Shown here one piece after another: positions 1-11,308 of a stretch of 64,000 nucleotides of DNA. The position numbers were made by a program, and so were the translations under genes. The first letter of the stretch is position 1. The number at the start of each line of letters is the position of its first letter. Source of the stretch: Podarcis vaucheri (taxonomy: Eukaryota); NCBI GenBank assembly GCA_965113315.1, contig OZ220363.1, one strand, 5' to 3'. The notes beneath the pieces are model-generated. The model did no database searches. It saw only the letters and a list, made by a program, of their open reading frames with translations, and was not told where the DNA came from.

Positions 1-894
1 TAGGGTTCTTATTACACTTTTATCCGCTGCATTGTTTACAACAAGAGAAGAGGAGCAGGACTCTGGGCTGTCATTTAAAGAGGAAGACGAATCCCCTAAC
101 TTGGACACCATTTACATGAACTGAGGACAGGCAACAGCCAGCTGGGGGTGGGTGCAGTTGAGACCCCAGAGGAGATTCCTATCAAACTGGAAGCATGGGG
201 CCTAGTTTCAGCCTTTTGGTGCCAGGGCTCACCAGGGCTCAGCCCCAGCATCTCTTTCAGGGTCAGGGTCAAATCATTTTTTCTGGACATTAAGCACAGC
301 CACAGTCCCAGACCTCTCCCATTTCCGCATCATCACACCCAATATTATGTTCTTGTACAACCTTTTCCCCACACAAGCCAAAACTCAGGCTAAGGCCTGA
401 AAAAACCCAACCTCCCAGTGTGAATAGGAACAAAGGAAAGGGCTTTGCATTCAGTCCTGGCATCTAGAGGAATACCTAGGGGTTGGGGAAACCGGCTCCT
501 GCTGGGGGTGCAGGTCTGGGGTGGGGGCACAAAAATTCCCTATCAACCTGTGGAGTTTATGAAGTATATGTGTGTCACAGCGAGTTCCCGCCATTCTTGC
601 ACTGTGGCACAAAGGTGTGCTTTTTTCCACCCTCCCTCCTCGCCTTGCCCTCACTCTGGGTGCTTTGAGTACTTGGGTCATGTAAAATGTAGCAATTTAT
701 AATGCGGCTATTACAGTAAAGTGATTTGGGGGACGGTGGCGATGCAGCTCTTTGCTGTGGGCACTGATACTGACCCTACGTATGCCTGTGCTTCCATCTG
801 AAGGCAGGGAATGGACCCCTTTAATGGGATACGCTTAACCAAGAAGCGACAGGCCCAGGCTACAGCCTCCCCTCCAACCAACACCCAGGCTTAC

Positions 895-1065
895 CCAATG
901 CCTAACCTCACAAAGTTGTGACGATTGCTGTGAAGTAGGTGAAAACCAAATTTGCCAAGTGGAAAAATTCCTGCTTGGCCCCGAATACGGCAGCCGACAA
1001 TGTCCATAGCAAGGCCGTAGCACGACAGAAGAAGCATTTGCAAAAAGGGTTGGAGTTTGGGAGAT
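895..1065 (-). other. Candidate internal exon of an unidentified transcript (171 nt)
   Basis: Branch-like ctgac plus pyrimidine tract ctcctccctggtttttccatcag| as acceptor, TGG|gtaagc as donor; CpG-retaining, non-repetitive interior. Confidence 0.45.
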
Positions 1066-1715
1066 CTGATGGAAAAACCAGGGAGGAGTGTTGTGTCAGT
1101 GTCAGTTTATTCCCTGGGGGGCGGACACAAGTGATGCCAGTTGCCCAGTTGGGCCTGCCCCCGGGAATCCCCAGACCCAGGCACTCCTGCCATTGGTCAG
1201 TTCGCAGGCAGGCCTGCAGTTCTTCCCAGTCAGCTGGTGGATTGCTGACATGGGGCCGTGGTCAGGCTGCAACAGCATGTTTAAGGTAAGTGGACTTATC
1301 CAATCGATTGAGCTGTTTGGGCAATGTGTCCCCCAAAAAAGTACAATTCCTGATCTGGGCTTTGTTATAATGGGCATTCAGCTTCCTACCTGAAGTTGAC
1401 AGTTCAGACCTGAAGGGTCTAGAATGCTTGCGGTAGATAAATGGATGGGCTCCATTTATGAATCAACTTGAAGGAGGCAGCTGTGAGGCTGCTTCTGAAG
1501 TTCCCCTTGGACACAGAGCTTTGTATCAACTATCAGGTAGTCATAAAATGTCCCTTGCTTGGGCAAGGTGGCTAGGCACTTCCAGTCTGTCTTGGACGAG
1601 ACTGAACTGCAAATTCATTTTAAGCTGGGAGCAGCACAAGTTAGATGGATAGAGGACCTACATGAGGAGAAGGCCGGGGGGAATGCAAATTCTCCTACTG
1701 CTTATGCATATACCA

Positions 1716-2200
1716 TTTTATTTTAAATCTCTAAGTAGTTTACATAAAATTGTTCAAATATTCAGTTAAAAATAGCAACAAGAACAGACTTTAAAACAGG
1801 CACAAAATCATCAAAATATAGTTTCAATGACCAGATTAAAACACGCACACACAGAAATGTACATAACAAAATTACATGTCAAGTCTTTTAGCAGGTGTCA
1901 ATAACAGCACAGCAACAGGGTAGTTTAGACAATAGGTGCTCCCACAGTAAAATACCTATTTATTGCAAGTGCAGAATGAACTGTATGTGACACTTGGAAA
2001 AGGGCCAGTTATGCAGATTGGAGCAGCCATAGTGGGCATATGTGGGGTAATGTGATCCATAAAGTAAACTGGCTCCAAACTGTTGAGAGATTTATATACT
2101 AACAGAAGCACCCTGAATTTGGCCCAGGAACAAATTGGCAACCAGTTCACATCCTTGAGCAAGGATGTAATATGCTGACAGGTTCTCACTCCTGTCAGCA
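1716..2200 (-). mobile_element. L2 LINE 3' fragment (old)
   Basis: Translation HITSLLKDVNWLPICSWAKFRVLLLVYKSLNSLEPVYF resembles the L2 ORF2 C-terminus (HITP.L..LHWLP...FK.LLL.YKAL). Confidence 0.75.
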
Positions 2201-4549
2201 GTCGTGCTGTGGCATTCTACACAACTGCAATTTCCAGACCAAGCACAAAGAAAGTTCCACATTGCATTTTATTGTGATTTGATTCTGGGGCAAGGGTGTG
2301 TGTGCTGATTTTATTGTTTGTGCTTTGTTGTTGGGTGGGATAAAAAATGCAATAAGGAAATGAACAAGCAACCAAATAATGGTCTTCCTCCAAGGAACTT
2401 CCAGTGAATTCTTGCATATAGCATGGCCTCTAAAATATGCACAAATCAATGAAGGATGCATAGAAGGCATTTGCAGAGTGCAAGGCCTGACCTTAAAGAC
2501 ATCTTTTTTCCAGACTTCAAGAAAGAAAAACAACATTATGATGCCCATGCAACTTTAAACAAAATCATTAGATCACCGTCTAAATCCATCCCAGCACCTG
2601 GGAGAAAACAATTGTACAAGATAATGGAAGAGGAGTAGACAAAGGCCCAGAGAATACTCTTGTCTATTTCTAGATGCGCTATTCATAACTCCAGTTCGGT
2701 ATCACGCTGCCATATTAGTATGTGCTATTGATTCATTCTTAATACAGTGAGATGCCCTAGTAATGAACTCGGCAGTACCCATAATGATTTCATATCATGA
2801 AATGTTATGTGCTTTGCTCATGACAAAGTAACAGTGGTACCAAAAATAGCAAACCTCATAATAAAATGTTATCGAGGATCGTGGATTTTAATATAAAAAG
2901 GACTCGGCCATACTCAAGAGCTGACTCGAAACAAATGCGTACCTAAAAGGAGCCGCATTGGAAAAGTCATGTCATTGATTCGTTAGGAGATGCTACTTTA
3001 AAAGCGAGTTGAGCCCCACATCCCCTAAATGCTTGTAGGAGAATGAAAGAGAGATGGCAGCTCATCCTTTGGAATGGCTGGGGCCACGTGATCCAAAAGT
3101 ACTAAGAGGTGCCTCACCTCCAGCAGCTGCTGCCTAAGGAAAAAGAAGAAGCACTCAATAGATCCCAATGTAAGTAAATGTAGCATTGCCAAACATTTAA
3201 AGTACAACATACAGGAAACTCCCAGTTTACACGGGGGTTATGTTCCAAGGCACCATGCATTCAAGTGAAATCATGTATATTTGAAACACCATTGATAAAG
3301 GCTGCAAACACCCCACCCTGTTCCACAGAGTTTTGTGACATTTTCTGCTCACTTTTGGGGTTGGCGCAATGCACGTGTTTGCGGTCGCTGACATATCAGA
3401 CATGCCTAAAACAGTTGCTGCCTGTAGTATAAAATACCAGAATGTGAGGGTTGCCAAACCCAGAGATCACAGCTTTACAGGGTCCAGAACCTCTGGATGT
3501 TGTAGAACTACAACTGCCACCATCCCTGAGCATTGACCACGCTGACTGGGGCTGATGGGAGTTGGAGTCCAACAGCATCTGGTGGGCCACATGTTCCCCT
3601 TTCCCGCATCAGAAGATCCAAAGCAGCAGGTGGAAGATGTAGCTGTTGCCCTTTCAGGCCTGTTCTTCCACCTGTTATGAGACAAAACCTTCATCCTTAT
3701 TGTTAAGCCTGAATGGAAGGCACATCATCTGCGCTCTCTCTCTCTCTCATTTGGAACTTTAAACAGATCTCACAGCTGCCAGCTGGCAATCAGACAGAAT
3801 GAAAAGGCATAATGTTGCAAGCTCTCACTAAACCTGGTTCTGTCTCCCATGTTCTCCTTATCCTTAAGGAAGTCAAAGATTCCATTTCTGCCAAATTGTC
3901 TGCTTCTGAACATGGTAGCGGTGTTCACATCTTATACATTTGCTGGTTGTCCCGGAAGGGACATGGTGGGAATTCAGTTATCAAATGTGTTTGTGACCAG
4001 ACCTCTGGGGACAACTCCGTTTTCAAAGGGCTTCTCTGGCATCTCTTGGCAGAGGTGAGACACCACCCCCACCCGCCAGTTCAGCTCCCAGCACTGTGCA
4101 AATTGCTTAGCGTCATGAAGCTGACTTATGTAACAAAACTATCAAGTTCCCTTTACAGCAAACCACACTTTGGCAAATCAGAATATGCAAATCAGATATT
4201 TTCTCCTTCGTTATTCTATACAAAACCAGAGGTAGGCACTGCCATACCTTCTTGTGAAATCTGATTTATTCATTTAGGGCACAGAAATGGTGGTTGTGGC
4301 AAGGGTAACACAGTCAATGGGTCCAACACTTGACACTAAAAGAAACAAATTTGCAAGCTGGTGCTCTTTCTCCCAGTTCAGTTTCTGGCATTGAAGTTGC
4401 ACATTTACAGTATATTTAAAACAGGCTAATTCTGCCAGGCTCAAGAGTGCATGTAACGCCAATTATTTTTGATCTGCACTATTTATCAGTTGTTCTCCAG
4501 GTCAGTTTCAAGGTACTGGTTTACATTTAAAAGTTCCAACTGACCTGAG

Positions 4550-4685
4550 CAGGCTTCCTCAACCTCGGCCCTCCAGATGTTTTTGGCCTACAATTCCCAT
4601 GATCCCTAGCTAGCAGGACCAGTGGTCAGGGATAATGGGAATTGTAGTCTCAAAACATCTGGAGGGCCGAGGCTAAGGAAGCCTG
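4550..4685. mobile_element. hAT-type palindromic MITE with 8-bp TSD
   Basis: TIRs caggcttcct...aggaagcctg; TSD gacctgag at 4542-4549 and 4686-4693. Decayed relatives lie near 3480, 20650, 29920, 33110, 37360, 39880, 52130 and 57260. Confidence 0.85.
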
Positions 4686-5086
4686 GACCTGAGGGAGGTT
4701 TTTTTCACATATGAAACACCCAGACACAATCACCATGGTGCCAAGATATGTTGGAGAGCCACTGCTTCAGATGCCTCTACTGTTGGTAGCGAAATGTTCT
4801 GGAACAGAGCTTTTTCATTGGTGAATCCAGCATTACGTAACTCCAGAGCTTTTCCAAACCTTATCTTTTCCACCAGATTTTTATAGCTTTCAAAAATTTG
4901 CTTACTAAGGTGTTCTTCTGTGTTGCTGCTATTAGTCAGTTTTTGAGCATGTTAATTTTGAAAGCCTGGTGTGTGTGTGTGTGGCTGATTCATTTTATCG
5001 TTAAAGTTTTTAGGACTTCAAGGTAAGCTACCTAGAGGGCCAGTCTTGACAAAAAGGCAGCATGATGTAAATTAGACTTAGATGTA

Positions 5087-5320
5087 CAGTGGTGCCTCGC
5101 AAGACGAAATTAATTCGTTCCGCGAGTCTTTTCGTCTTGCGATGTTTTTCGTCTTGCGAAGCACGGTCCGTCGCAACTGCGCCTCTTCAAGCGGCTTTAA
5201 GAAAAAAGTGAACAAACTCGCAAGACGTTTTCGTCTAGCGAAGCAACGCAAAAACCGAAAAACCCTTTTGTCTAGCGAGTTTTTCGTCTTGCGAGGCATT
5301 CGTCTTGGGGGGCACCACTG
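5087..5320. mobile_element. Tc1/mariner (Tigger-like) MITE
   Basis: TA|cagtggtgcc...ggcaccactg|TA; repeated internal cgtcttgcga motifs; CpG-rich, suggesting a young copy. Confidence 0.85.
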
Positions 5321-5435
5321 TAGATGGATGTGCGATGTGCTCAGTGGGCAAAGTTCCCAGGCACAACTGCAATTCTTCTTGCACAACTTTTCTTCTTCTT
5401 CCCCAGGGTATGTAAACACACACAATAGGTTTCTC

Positions 5436-5437
<2 letters not shown>

Positions 5438-5474
<37 letters not shown>
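5438..5474. repeat. (CT)n microsatellite
   Basis: Seen directly. Confidence 0.9.
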
Positions 5475-5484
<10 letters not shown>

Positions 5485-8400
5485 CATAAAAATTGTGTGT
5501 GGCCTTGAGGGCAGGAGCCAGTATGGAGAGCACCTTTGTGTGTGGAGTATATTGCCCAACAAACCTGAAACACCAAACATCAGGCCAGATGGGCTCTGGC
5601 TTTGCAGTGGTACAGACATGTTAGGAGTCGCTAGAGACAGATTGGGAGCAGGGGGTGGGGCAGGTTCTGCCTAATTGATCTTCCTGACTGGCAACAGCTG
5701 CTGTGCCTTAGCATGCTGCCACAAGTGATGCAGAAAAATGCATTTTTGTTCCTATGTGTGTGTTTTTTTTAGTGGGAGGAAAGGCAATTTGAGCATGCTT
5801 CCTAGAAGTAAACAAGCAAACCTTTTAATGCAGTTGAGATGGTGTGTAATGCAAGAAGCAGCTGCTTTTAATTTGATTGTTACTTCATAGAAAATGGGCT
5901 ACTTAATTGGATTGATCTGGAGGTCACTTGTTTTCCTATTCCTAGGAACAAACACACTTAAAGATGCACAATGCTGATTGCTATTTTTGCAGTAAACAGA
6001 TCATCTTGGTTCTCTTCCAGCGACTGCCTCCTGTGCTAGGAAATCGGGGTATTTATATTTCATAAAGACCGCGAGAAAGTGTTGTGGAGGTGCTTATTGT
6101 GGGGCCAGAGTGAGGTAATTGCAGAGGCCCGGGAAATATAAAAGGTAATTTGTTTGTGCAGAAACAAAAATAAAAATGGTTTGCCCCGAGCACTTTGGCA
6201 ACAATAAACAATTTCCGCAAAAAATCTGCAACAGCTGCCATGTCTTGTAAGCATGACTGCAATCCCAGGATCCACAGCAGGATTGTGCTTATGGATGGCC
6301 AGCCTTTCCAAAAGGTTTTATATCCAACGCAGTGCAATATCTTGAAAATCTCGGTACTGATTTAAGATCATTAAGTAGAGTTGAGCTTTTCTTGAAAATC
6401 TGATGCACTGTGCTCCCAAGCACAATATGGTACATGGGCGACCCAAATTCACAATTTTCCCCAGGTAACAATACTATTACACAATTAACACAATGCTGTT
6501 CCTCGTATGTTGCAGTAGATGAGACATCTTTCTCAGAAGTAGAAAGTGTGGAAAGTGCAAAAGAAAGAGAAATGTGGATAAGCCCTCAGTTATGGAACAT
6601 CCTATTTTGGCAGCAGGTGAAAACCTTATGGTTCATGAAAGACTTTTAAATAGTGTATGTATGTAGTCTGGACGTCTCACTGTTCAAATCTATGTGTTTT
6701 AAATTTATGGGTAAAATGAATTTCTTGTATTTGTGTCTTTGATTTCACAATTTATTGTCTTCTTTCATCCCCCCCCCCCCCGCCATACTTACTTATTGTA
6801 AGTTGCCCAGTGAACTTTCTGTTGTGGAACAGCAAACAGCATCCATCAATAAACCAAATAGCCTGTGGTGGGCATCTACTGATGACATCACTGTTTATGA
6901 GCAACCAAACACATTCCTTCATGAGAAACTTTACAAACTTTTAAACCTCTTTAGAGACTCGATGCTTTGCACCCTATGCTCCTAAAGTGCAGAGATCTTT
7001 ATCGAGCCTTTTACAAATACAATAAAAAAGCTAAATACTAGCAGAGTTCTTCCACTGCCACCATTCTGCAGTGATGCCCTGTCATTTTGATAAACATGCA
7101 CACACTACCTAGGGATGTAATATTTAGCATTTTGAAGAAGAGGTGGTCAAATAAAGGCAATGCCTCATTTCCTCTGTATTTATTAGGAAGTAGAACCAGC
7201 ATAACTACCATATAGCTCTCAATTTAACATAATTGCCTGCGGGCTTTCCTGGAATTGTCATTCCACCAAACAGGGCAGATACAAAAGAGGAAAATGAACC
7301 TTTTGCATCAGAAGCATTTATACCGGGTGCTGCAGCAATGGCAGAGTCAGCACTGAAGAGCTCTAGGAGACGGAAAAGAGACAAAGGCGGAGGATTAACA
7401 GCTGACATCCTCCTATAAACCATGAGAGCAACAAAGCTGGCCGTGTATAATGTGAGCTAGTCTCAGGACAGGCTGCTTACAAGGAGAGTTCATTGTTAGC
7501 CTACTTGCTGAGCCACAACTCAACTGTAAACCATAGCTCAGGGTTGTCTGGAACGGGAAGAGAATAAATTCTAGCAGTAAGAAAGTTAGGAAAGAGGTTT
7601 AGAGCTTTCCCCAAAGTGCTTTGGTCCAAAGGCATAGATTTAGCTGGGCATTAGATGTGACAGAAAGAGTATGTAACATGCTGAGTGAAAGCTTAACGGC
7701 TGAAGATACATTCAGTCTAAGGCTGCTTTCAGCAAGCGTATCCAAGCTCATCTTGGAGCAAAACCAACCTAAGGCATTCCAGCAAAGTTTCCTGGTGATC
7801 TGTTCACACATTCTTTTAATATTATTCTGCCGGGTTGCTAAGGTCTATGGGAGCAGCTGCCTGCTTTCTATTTGCTCAGGGGATATTTCAACATAATGTG
7901 TGAAATCCTTCAGAAACACACACCACTTTCCCCACCATCAGCTGGAAGACTACAAATGAAAAGTGTGGTTTAAAGTGCAGTGCTCAGACACATTGCTGGC
8001 ATCTAACATGAGATAAAGAGAAGTGTGGCCTCAATCTGTGGTAAGGACTTAAGGAGAGGTGTCACATGACAAGAAGGGGGAATTAGGGTGGCAGAGCACT
8101 GGAAGGGAGCACAGGTGCGACAAGCCTTTGTTCCAAGGTGAGATCTAAAGGCTAAGCACCACAAACAACTATCCGTCTTTGCAATTCAAGGCTCTGGATT
8201 AAATTTTGAGTAAACCAATTCTATTGTTTGACAAGAAATGTTCATTTTTCATGATAAATATTCAGGGACACCATTTAGTGAGCTCAGAAGATGAATCCCC
8301 ACTGGTGTTTTGAACCACAGATAAGTGTACTTCTCTCTCTGGCCAACTCACCAGTTCTATATTTTAAGCTGTTATTGTAAACAACTGACTCTTCTGCTAA

Positions 8401-10076
8401 GCCTGCACGCCAAACATACAAATCCGTTTGCTCTTCCCCTCCAGTGTATATGTATAAAACTATCTGAACAAGAACAGCATTACTGTAGTTACTATATAAA
8501 GTATAAGGAAGCAACAAATGCTCTTAATGTAGACTGTTGTTCCCGTTTCTGCTGCAATTTAATTGTGCCAATATCCAGATGTTGAGCTTTAAAATTTGCT
8601 GGCAATTTCCTCCTTTCCCCTCCTGCGCCCCAATATCTTTCCTCCCACCCTCATACCTGAAACAAAATATGTATACAGTAGATAAGTTTAGCTTTTTATT
8701 AATCAGTAGCTTTTAGAAGGTATTATTTTTTTAATGTCATAATGCCGCTATCCATGGTGTGGGAGCAATGCAATATTACAAAAGACAGCTCATAGTACAG
8801 TTTCTTTTCCACTGGTTGACATTGGTGAACACCCTCCATTGCACATGTAGACCTCCCCTTCCTCTCCTCTCCCACTGAACTCCCCCATGAGCCCCTCATC
8901 TGCCCTAGAGGCTGAATCCATTCTGCTGAGAGTGCCCGTTCTGCTGGCAGGTGGACATCAATGGATTTCACCTATGGCTGGAAGCGCCTTTCAAATTCTT
9001 TGCCACAAAAGGACTGTCTGTAGTCACTAATCACATGGCAGGCTAGAGATAAGGGAATGGTTCGGGGGCTCTGTGTGGGAGATAAGTGCTGCACAGATTT
9101 TTTGTCAATTTCATTGACAAATCTGACTAGTCTCTCTTACAGCAAGCATAATGCATAGAGCCTGAATGCACGCAAAACAAAACTCTATTCAATTCCTTTA
9201 CACAGTCTATGCATATATTGCTTTCCCAGGCATCTCACTTCTCCAATTGTTGCTTTTCATGCTGTTTATTTCTACCTGCTCCTAGCTTGCATATACACGT
9301 ATACACATATGGGGCGCACACGTCACCGACACCACCCAAAATCACAACTGGGATCAGAACAACCTTTACACCTCTCCTTGTCCATTTATTTCAGCAGAGA
9401 GATTTGGATTGGGCCATTAGTCGTATCCAGGTTTCTCTTGGCTCCTTCATTTTAGTTTTGCAGGTCCTTCTTCTCCCTTCCCTGCCCACCTCCCTGAGGT
9501 TTTCAGTTCAAGCCCTGGGATTCCCTGTCAGCTGCATGTCCTGTTGTGGCCCATCGGTGAACGAGGGTGGTGGGAGAAGGCAGCAGCAAACCTTGGCGAG
9601 GGCAGTGACCACGAGAGGTGGTGGACTCTCCTTCCTTGGAGGTTTTTAAGCAAATGGTGCCCCCAGTGGTTACCTCAAGTGCCTGTTTTCTTGGAGTGGC
9701 CCTTTCATTTGGCACTCAAATGGTGTTGCATTGCACATTCTGTATCTTCTTGCCCATTTCAACAATTGTGTGCAGGGGTGGGAGGTACCCCTTGGGACTG
9801 GTAAGGTGGGAGGCAGGGAGACCAGCAGGGGGCAGAGCCAGATCCAATAATACTGCTGAACCAACTAAGTCTAGTTTGTTCCTGTCCGCCTCCCTGCTGA
9901 GTTGTAACACTAAGAATGAAGAGGAGGAGGAAGCTGACAGGCAGTGCCCTCCTCTGGACTGGTGCAGCTCCCTGGGGGAGCGCTGAGGTTGGTATGGGCA
10001 GTGCCCCATTTGCCCTAATAGATCAACCTCCGACAATTGTGAGCAAGCTGGAAGCCGCTTCCTTTTTTGCATCCTG

Positions 10077-10224
10077 AAATCATAGAATTGTAGAGTTGGA
10101 AGGGACCCTGAGGATCATCTAGCGCAACCCCCTGCAGTGCAGGAAGATGCAGCTGCCCCGCAGGGGGATTGAACCTGCAACCTTGCCATTATCAGCACCA
10201 TGCTCTAACCAACTGAGCTGTCCC
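10077..10224 (-). mobile_element. tRNA-Ile-derived SINE with CR1-type 3' tail
   Basis: Minus strand gggacagctcagttggttagagcatggtgctgataatggcaaggttgcaggttcaatcccc (A and B boxes), ending in ggtcccttccaactctacaattctatga. Confidence 0.8.
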
Positions 10225-10489
10225 AGCTGTGTATGCTACATACATGCAGGTGATCATAGCACGAGCCCATCTTAATGTGTTGGTCCACTGCCAATGGCCT
10301 TGATGGCCCAGCTCTCCAAGAAGCAGACATTCCCTCCTGGGAGAGGAGCCACCGTCCTTTAGCCCTCTCTGCATGGAAGAATGGGCAGCTCTCATGCAGC
10401 TTGTCAGTTTCACTCACTTGTGGCAAGCCTGCATTTCCAAGCCAGGCTAATGTTTTATGGGAATCGATATGTCAGCCCTTATGAAAGAA

Positions 10490-10700
10490 CAACACGGTGA
10501 GTGATAAGCAACTTGGGTTCATAAAGCACAGATCGTGCCAGACAGACTCCAACGGCCTCCTTTGACAAAATTGCAGATTTAGCTGACAAAGGGAATTTAA
10601 TATAGCTAGGTACAGAAAGGCTTTAGGCGGAGACCTACACAAAGCATCTTTTCTAATCAGAAAGCATCAGAGTTTTTCTTATCAAAGTGTTGCACAGATA
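10490..10700 (+). mobile_element. Ancient CR1 reverse transcriptase remnant
   Basis: KQLGFIKHRSCQT followed, after a frameshift, by FDKIADLADKG, resembling CR1 QHGF.K.RSC.TNL..F.DKVT..VDKG. A further piece (WMSLNGMRFN) lies near 11815. Confidence 0.55.
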
Positions 10701-11179
10701 AATATTAATACAACTTGGTGTTTAGAAGCTCCAGGTGCAAGGTTCAGGATTTTAAAAGTACAGCTGGATGCGAAGGTCCTGGGAAAGGATGGCAGCACTC
10801 CCAGGAAACAGCTGGAGGACAGGGATTTCCTACAGTTCACACAAGATCACAGCTGGAAGGTTGTCTAGTCCCAACTGGGTACCCCCCAAATTTTTTGGAC
10901 TACAGCTGCCATTAATTCAGTGGTTAATTGGAAACAAAGCTGTGGAAACAGCGTTGTGGTTTGCGCTTTGGAAGGTCTAATTATGCTGAGTGTTGTTTTT
11001 GTGTTGGCTTTTAGCTGTCTTACAAAAGATATGTTTTAGATGGGTCAAAACTATATTTTATTGGCTATGTGTGTTTTATAAGCTGCTTTGTGAAGAATGT
11101 TCCTTGAAAAGCAGGTTATGCATCTGTTAAAAGAAATAAATAATCCCTGATCACTGGCAATGATGGCTCGGGTGATGGG

Positions 11180-11308
11180 CAGAGCTTTTTTTTTCAGCCG
11201 GGACTCAGTTCTGGCACCTCCCAGGTGGGAGCCATTGCCATTCTAAGAGAACAAGGGAGGGATTCATGGTGAGTTCCGGCACCTCTTTCTCTAGAAAAAA
11301 TAGCACTG
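11180..11308. mobile_element. hAT MITE nested inside an older MITE
   Basis: cagagctttttttt...aaaaaatagcactg flanked by the 8-bp TSD gtgatggg (11172-11179, 11309-11316). Confidence 0.75.

Noticed and set aside
5078-5576. 113-151 aa ORFs on both strands
   Set aside because: They run through a MITE and a (CT)n repeat; not protein-like.
7205-7896. 61-91 aa ORFs near 7.2-7.9 kb
   Set aside because: No family resemblance and no convincing paired splice sites.
10152-10224. Possible tRNA-Ile gene
   Set aside because: Mismatched stems, no T-run terminator, and it continues into a CR1-type tail, so it is a SINE head.
10405-10430. TCGK match suggesting POLR2L
   Set aside because: The flanking residues do not match MIIPVRCFTCGK and no second exon was found.
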